Shown piece after piece: positions 27,060-31,955 of a DNA stretch of 31,955 nucleotides. Below the pieces are notes generated by a model, which did no database searches, was not told the origin of the DNA, and saw nothing but the letters and a program-made list of their open reading frames with translations. Where the stretch lies: positions 1 to 31,955 of the forward strand of contig CAJWHW010000025.1 in the NCBI GenBank assembly GCA_913040915.1, read 5' to 3'. This DNA comes from an uncultured Fidelibacterota bacterium (lineage in GTDB: Bacteria; Fidelibacterota; Marinisomatia; Marinisomatales; UBA1611). The position numbers and the translations under genes are program-made. Within the stretch, counting starts at the first letter, position 1; every line of letters begins with the position of its first letter.

Positions 27060-27870
27060 GTTCTCTCATTTTGCTGTATTCGTTTTCAAAATCCTGTGTA
27101 AAAAAACGCCAAATGAAGTTTCCCGTTTTAGTCTGTTGAGCCGGATCCGCAAATCCATCTCCATAGATTGGAATTTTGAATGTATAGACTCCATCTCCTT
27201 TTATAGAGTCTCCACTTGTAAAGTTCGGCTCATATAAAATAACTTGACTACCATCATCATAAAGGTAGATATAATTCCCTTTATTCATCATCGAGTCTCC
27301 TTCCACATGATAGGAAGTAAACCCAACCCATTTAATTGTTTCTAGCCCATCAGCATCAAAGACTTCTGCTTTAATAGATGGGAAACTTACGGTCTGGCCT
27401 GTTGGCCTTACGATATTGGTCGGTGCAGATATTTGAATAATTCTTGGTATTATATTTCCAATGCTAAATGAATCAGGAACGGTTATGATTTCTGACCCAT
27501 AAATTGCGCTGAAATCAACATATACACTCCCTGAGTCTTCCCCCATAATATTTTGAATGATGGTCGAATCATTATTGATTTTTAATCCATACAACCCATC
27601 ACCCATAATGATGTCTCCATTTAAGCCGTTATCATAGAGATTTAAAGTATCAGGTGTATTATTTCTTGAAAGCGCATACCAAACAATTTTTGCATCAGAT
27701 AAAGATTGATCATTGTACTTACTTTCAACTTCCATTGCAAAATATAGTTGATTTACATCTTGGTGGTAATTGAATTGACGATTTTCAATCTTGATACTAT
27801 CTTCAATATCCGCTGGCTCAGAGCAACTCCAAAATACAATACTAAAAGGAAGAAGTATATGGAAACGCAT
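27040..27870 (-). CDS. Lipoprotein with two choice-of-anchor X-like Asp/Gly motifs
   Basis: The ATG at 27870 is preferred over the TTG at 27900 and gives MRFHILLPFSIVFWS|C. Repeated motif LYDNG..GD...GDGLYG and LYDDG...GD...GDGVYT. Confidence 0.72.
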   Translation of the reverse strand: MRFHILLPFSIVFWSCSEPADIEDSIKIENRQFNYHQDVNQLYFAMEVESKYNDQSLSDAKIVWYALSRNNTPDTLNLYDNGLNGDIIMGDGLYGLKINNDSTIIQNIMGEDSGSVYVDFSAIYGSEIITVPDSFSIGNIIPRIIQISAPTNIVRPTGQTVSFPSIKAEVFDADGLETIKWVGFTSYHVEGDSMMNKGNYIYLYDDGSQVILYEPNFTSGDSIKGDGVYTFKIPIYGDGFADPAQQTKTGNFIWRFFTQDFENEYSKMREHEILIQ

Positions 27871-27896
27871 AGACTGAAATTTAGGATTGAAGTTTC

Positions 27897-28838
27897 TCAA
27901 TTATTACTCCAGTTTTGGTTTTCCCGGTTGTATATATAATCCACCATGAGCCTTCCTACCTGTCCAAGACTTTCAGCACTACAATTTTCAGGGACATCAT
28001 CTAATGTATGCCAAAAATTGGCATAGGAATTTGGATATTTAAAATCGATTAGATCGATAGCAGGGATTCCCGCAATTTCATAAAGGGGGACATGGTCGTC
28101 ATAAATTGCATAATCTACCCGACCCTCAAATGCATCTAAACCTAAATCTCTGGCCCGGTCCCATAGATACCTCACAAGCTCAGGATGGAATTCTAAAGAA
28201 TATCGCTCGATGGGTAAAACCAATTGTTTGTCTCCAACCATATCTAAATTAATAGCTTCGTTTGGTTTGGGTATTGGCAGATTTTTTGCAAAATACCTTG
28301 ATCCTTGACAAAATGTCTCATTTTCACCTCTTATACCCATATCCTCTCCATCAAATAATACAAGGTTTACACCTATAGGGGGGGGATTTTCACCCAAAAT
28401 TTTTGCTAATTCCAATATCACAGCTACACCAGAAGCACCATCATTTGCCCCAATAATAGGTATATCTCTATCCCGTCTATTTTCTTCCTCATCCGCCCAA
28501 GGTCGAGTATCCCAGTGACAGGAAATCATTGTTTGAAATTCTGCATCAGGATTATACCTAGCAATGACATTCTCCAATTCATAACGATTTTTATCTTTTT
28601 GTTCCCTGTAGGAAAAATTCTGCAGAATTATTTCATCAGCAGATTTTTCAAACTCTTTAATCATAAAATCGAGACAGGCGTAATAACCTTCTGATCCTGG
28701 ATTTCTTGGCCCGAAATCACACTGAGCAACTAAATAATCAAATGCCCGTTGTTCATCAAACTTTGGCACATCGGATTGACAGCTGAAAAAGATTGAGATA
28801 AGAGTTATATAAAGTATAGTAAGATATATATTTTTCAT
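27897..28838 (-). CDS. M28-family metallopeptidase-fold lipoprotein, probable type II glutaminyl-peptide cyclotransferase
   Basis: Lipobox IFFS|C. Motifs FGPRNPGS, HWDTRP.AD, GANDGASG, FDGEDMG, NLDMVG, DDHVP and WHTLDD. Confidence 0.85.
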   Translation of the reverse strand: MKNIYLTILYITLISIFFSCQSDVPKFDEQRAFDYLVAQCDFGPRNPGSEGYYACLDFMIKEFEKSADEIILQNFSYREQKDKNRYELENVIARYNPDAEFQTMISCHWDTRPWADEEENRRDRDIPIIGANDGASGVAVILELAKILGENPPPIGVNLVLFDGEDMGIRGENETFCQGSRYFAKNLPIPKPNEAINLDMVGDKQLVLPIERYSLEFHPELVRYLWDRARDLGLDAFEGRVDYAIYDDHVPLYEIAGIPAIDLIDFKYPNSYANFWHTLDDVPENCSAESLGQVGRLMVDYIYNRENQNWSNN

Positions 28839-28839
28839 T

Positions 28840-31800
28840 TTATCCTGAGATTGCTAAGTTTACATCAAATCCAAAATCACGATCAATTTTACGGCCAGTT
28901 GTTCGCGTATCACTTTCCCGATATTCGTATCTTAAGCCGCCACTGACTTTTGTGGAAAACTGATAAGATATACGAAGTCCAGTTTTCCAACTTTCAGAAA
29001 AAGGGCCCTCTTCTAAATTCAATTTATCACCTGATCGTTCTTCCCTGCTTTCATTCAGGTCGAAATTTAGGGTAAAACTCATGGAATTAGTCAAATTGAG
29101 ATCTCCATAAAATGGTACTGGAATTTTCATTCCACCTCGGTGGGTGTACGTTCCAGTAGATGTATAACTATTATCATTGTGTATAGTCAAACCAGTAGGA
29201 GATTCATCAAGTGATTTATTGCGATTATGCCTGAAAGTAACTGAAATATTTTTCTTTAAGGACATATTCAGACCAACTAACGGTGAGAAATTTCGATTTA
29301 TCCTGGAAGACCGTTCATAATCTTTATTATCATCCGCAAAAGTACCAAAATTGAAAAAGTTCATTTGTCCTGGAGAGATATCCTCAAACTGCCATGAGCG
29401 GGTTTCTTTTCCGGAATAGCTGTGTTCCAACGATGCAGATTTAGCAAACCATTTAATAATTGGCCACTTTTCTAATCCACTCATTCTAAAACTCCAACCG
29501 GGAATAGGCAATCCTTCCTGCAGTAAATCACCGTAGGCAAAAAAGTCTCGTGTCATTGAAAGTTGTTCTAGTCCAGTGCTTGAACGTGTAGTAGTAAAAT
29601 TTTGAGAAAAATTGGTAGAGATATTCAAGGCTCGTGTAAGTTTAATTCCGGTTCGAATAGAGCCATCTCTTTTATGATCCCAACTTCCTGTATTACTTCC
29701 AACTTCATCAGAGTGTTCTAAACCATGGTTTGGTTCCCAACCAAATTTGTATCCTGTTGGTACATTACCTATAATTTGATTTCCTGATCTTTTGAGATCT
29801 TCTGTATAACTAATTGAAATTGGATTTATTTTCTTCACAAATCCATGGGCAAGATTTAGAGGGTTTAAATTCTTTTTTTTCTTTTCCTTCTTTTCAGATT
29901 CATTTGTGCTTTTTGATGAACGTGAGCGTGGTCTTGAGCCCCGTTCACGACTCGCATAGGATCGGGATGAAGACTTTGGTTTAAAAATCAATTCAATTAT
30001 TTGAACCGGTGTGATCGAAAAATTTGAGCCAAATCGTAATTGAGTACTAATATTTTGACCTTCCCTTGCTAAATCATCTGACCAGCGAAAATTTGCTGTA
30101 TAGTTAAATGAAGGCTTAAGCCATTTCATGATCCCGGGATTGAAAGTTGTATTAAAACTTTCTGTAGTTTGGGTTACTGTACCAGGATCAAAATCTCTCA
30201 ATGCAGTCCATGCATAACCACGAAAATCATTGAGTTTACTTTGTCCGCTCCAAGCATATTTTGTGGATAAACCATTTGTGAATTTATAGTCTAAATTAAT
30301 ACTTCGATTTAAACCAAAGTTATACGTCTCTGGACTTCGATCTCCAACTCGGGGTTGATTCCAGTTTAATTTTTCATTTAGGTTTAACCCTGTTTTAAAT
30401 GATGAAGGTGTATAAAAAAATTGAAAATCTCCTAATGTTTTCCCTAAAATGGGTAAATTTTTTGCCCAGTTAAAAGGTTTTATATAATTATTCCGTCCAA
30501 AAGGAATATAGTATGAAAATTTGCCGCTATAGGATTCTGTCCATTTTTCAGCATAGGTCACATCGGATGACCGGGACTGAGAGGCACTTAAGCTGACAGA
30601 AACATTATCCACAGTGTATTTCATGAATCGATTATCTGATTTTCCTGATTTTTTAAGAGATGTACTCAATGAAACTGATTCAGTGATAGTCATGATAGAA
30701 TCAGGTGTATTATTGGGATCTACTAGGATATCTTCTCCAGAAAAATATTTTGGCCTACTTTGGTTTCGCGTTAAAGAACCATTTAATGGAACAGAAATAC
30801 CCCAGGATTTAGGAAGTAAACGATGTAAATCAATTTTCCCTGAAACATTCAAATTTTCAGATGTATTTGTTGAACGGGAAAGCCTTTCTTGGAGCCGATG
30901 GTATTCCGCATCCTGCCTACTGTAAACTATTGTTGCAGAGCCCAAATCAGATAAACTCATCTTCGATTGAATACGCATGGCCATACCTTTTTCTTTTTTC
31001 ACTCCACTTAAACGCAATTCATCTAACCATACTTCACCAGATATAGGTTCTTCCCCTGTATTTTTCACTCCTACAGAAAAATATTGGAGACGATTTAAAG
31101 CAGGTTTTCCAACAATTTTTACACGCTTTCCAGTCAATTCTCCATTGGAGTTAGTAAAATAATATTTTCTAATATCGGAAGAATCAATCAAAATATCTGT
31201 TTCTCTGAATTTCTTAATTTTTGAAGTGTCAGCTTGTTTTAAGGCTGTAAGCCAATCCAAATCTATTTTGAAACTGTTACGATTTTCATCCTCATCCCAT
31301 CCATTATAAACAGGTTTCGTGATTTCATAAAATGCATCGCCTAAACCATATTTCAAAAATACTTCTACATCTGTTTCCAAAGAAGTGATCCATGGACTAT
31401 TTCCATAAACATACATTTTCATAAAATCATAAGTCATAAAACTTCGCTTTTGATTATCATTTAAAGTGTAAAGAGTTTTCTGAGCAATTCCAGTTGCCTT
31501 CGATGGTAGATTATCAAACTTCAAAACAAGCGATTGTTCCTTTGAACGGATTTCATTCAGTCTGTCATATTCTCCTTTCACCCCTTTCGGTGGTGTATAA
31601 TCAGCATTATCTTCAGTATTCACAACCGCTACTTGAAAAGTAGGATCCTCTTCAGTATTGGTAATTCCAAAATTATTTCTTTGAAAACGACTATTAATCG
31701 TGTCAATTCCAGTTGTATCTAATGCGGTTATACCCATTTCCTGCCATTCATTGCCCACTATTTCTATTTTAGCGATTTCAAGTTGTCTTAGGGTTGAATC

Positions 31801-31955
31801 TAATCCTGTAACCGCCAGGCGAACATAACGAATCTCATTCCATTCGATATTTTTTACCTGTTTAAAATCCGATAGTGGGACACGAAATAATCGCCAACCC
31901 GTTTCTTTACCATTTTTTTCTGTTTCACCTGCAAGATAAGTGGTATCGGTCAATA
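28840..31955 (-). CDS. sprA: T9SS translocon SprA/Sov, C-terminal ~1040 aa (5' end outside the window)
   Basis: Motifs GWRLFRVPL, IRYVRL, VVNTEDN.DY.PPKGV, EQSLVL, GKP.L.RLQY..VGVKN...SGEVWLDELRL and F.PLVG.N. Very long amphipathic beta-strand region. The TTG at 31953 is just the first usable codon of a frame that stays open to the edge. Confidence 0.9.
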   Translation of the reverse strand, partial: LTDTTYLAGETEKNGKETGWRLFRVPLSDFKQVKNIEWNEIRYVRLAVTGLDSTLRQLEIAKIEIVGNEWQEMGITALDTTGIDTINSRFQRNNFGITNTEEDPTFQVAVVNTEDNADYTPPKGVKGEYDRLNEIRSKEQSLVLKFDNLPSKATGIAQKTLYTLNDNQKRSFMTYDFMKMYVYGNSPWITSLETDVEVFLKYGLGDAFYEITKPVYNGWDEDENRNSFKIDLDWLTALKQADTSKIKKFRETDILIDSSDIRKYYFTNSNGELTGKRVKIVGKPALNRLQYFSVGVKNTGEEPISGEVWLDELRLSGVKKEKGMAMRIQSKMSLSDLGSATIVYSRQDAEYHRLQERLSRSTNTSENLNVSGKIDLHRLLPKSWGISVPLNGSLTRNQSRPKYFSGEDILVDPNNTPDSIMTITESVSLSTSLKKSGKSDNRFMKYTVDNVSVSLSASQSRSSDVTYAEKWTESYSGKFSYYIPFGRNNYIKPFNWAKNLPILGKTLGDFQFFYTPSSFKTGLNLNEKLNWNQPRVGDRSPETYNFGLNRSINLDYKFTNGLSTKYAWSGQSKLNDFRGYAWTALRDFDPGTVTQTTESFNTTFNPGIMKWLKPSFNYTANFRWSDDLAREGQNISTQLRFGSNFSITPVQIIELIFKPKSSSRSYASRERGSRPRSRSSKSTNESEKKEKKKKNLNPLNLAHGFVKKINPISISYTEDLKRSGNQIIGNVPTGYKFGWEPNHGLEHSDEVGSNTGSWDHKRDGSIRTGIKLTRALNISTNFSQNFTTTRSSTGLEQLSMTRDFFAYGDLLQEGLPIPGWSFRMSGLEKWPIIKWFAKSASLEHSYSGKETRSWQFEDISPGQMNFFNFGTFADDNKDYERSSRINRNFSPLVGLNMSLKKNISVTFRHNRNKSLDESPTGLTIHNDNSYTSTGTYTHRGGMKIPVPFYGDLNLTNSMSFTLNFDLNESREERSGDKLNLEEGPFSESWKTGLRISYQFSTKVSGGLRYEYRESDTRTTGRKIDRDFGFDVNLAISG

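Noticed and set aside
1288..31162. All short plus-strand ORFs in the track (60-133 aa)
   Set aside because: Each lies antisense to a long, motif-supported minus-strand gene and shows no recognisable domain, so they are shadow ORFs.
1..31955. CRISPR arrays, tRNA/rRNA genes, IS or prophage genes
   Set aside because: I saw no regularly spaced repeats, cloverleaf-like segments or transposase/integrase motifs, and nearly all sequence is accounted for by CDSs.

Overview
All credible genes lie on the minus strand. The window looks like a low-GC bacterium of the FCB superphylum. Marinimicrobia/Marinisomatota-like is my guess from gene style and cannot be proven here. In transcription order (right to left) there are four parts. 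(1) A type IX secretion system (T9SS) block: the 3' part of sprA, an M28 glutaminyl-cyclase-like lipoprotein, a lipoprotein with repeated Asp/Gly motifs, a CTD-bearing beta-propeller (PorZ-like) and two PorV/PorQ-family barrels. A divergent polysaccharide deacetylase and a Rhizobium-type asparaginase follow. (2) A tightly coupled uptake-like locus: a T9SS-secreted EEP (DNase I-like) nuclease with a lamin-tail domain, a 710-aa T9SS cargo with a variant CTD, a 985-aa T9SS cargo fusing an atypical CX3CH cytochrome c domain to three nuclease-type OB-fold units, a lipoprotein, a TonB-dependent receptor, a third PorV-family barrel and an NHL lipoprotein. No SusD is recognisable. (3) Four more envelope genes, ending in an Ig-repeat/DUF5684 membrane protein. 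(4) A very AT-rich 650-bp spacer, then the start of a surface polysaccharide cluster (WbpE-like aminotransferase, UDP-glucuronate 4-epimerase, WbpO/TviB-like dehydrogenase running off the left edge). The best candidate for an undescribed system is part 2, a putative T9SS-fed extracellular nucleic acid capture, degradation and import locus. All domain calls come from motif recognition by eye; no searches were run. I saw no RNA genes, CRISPR arrays or mobile elements.
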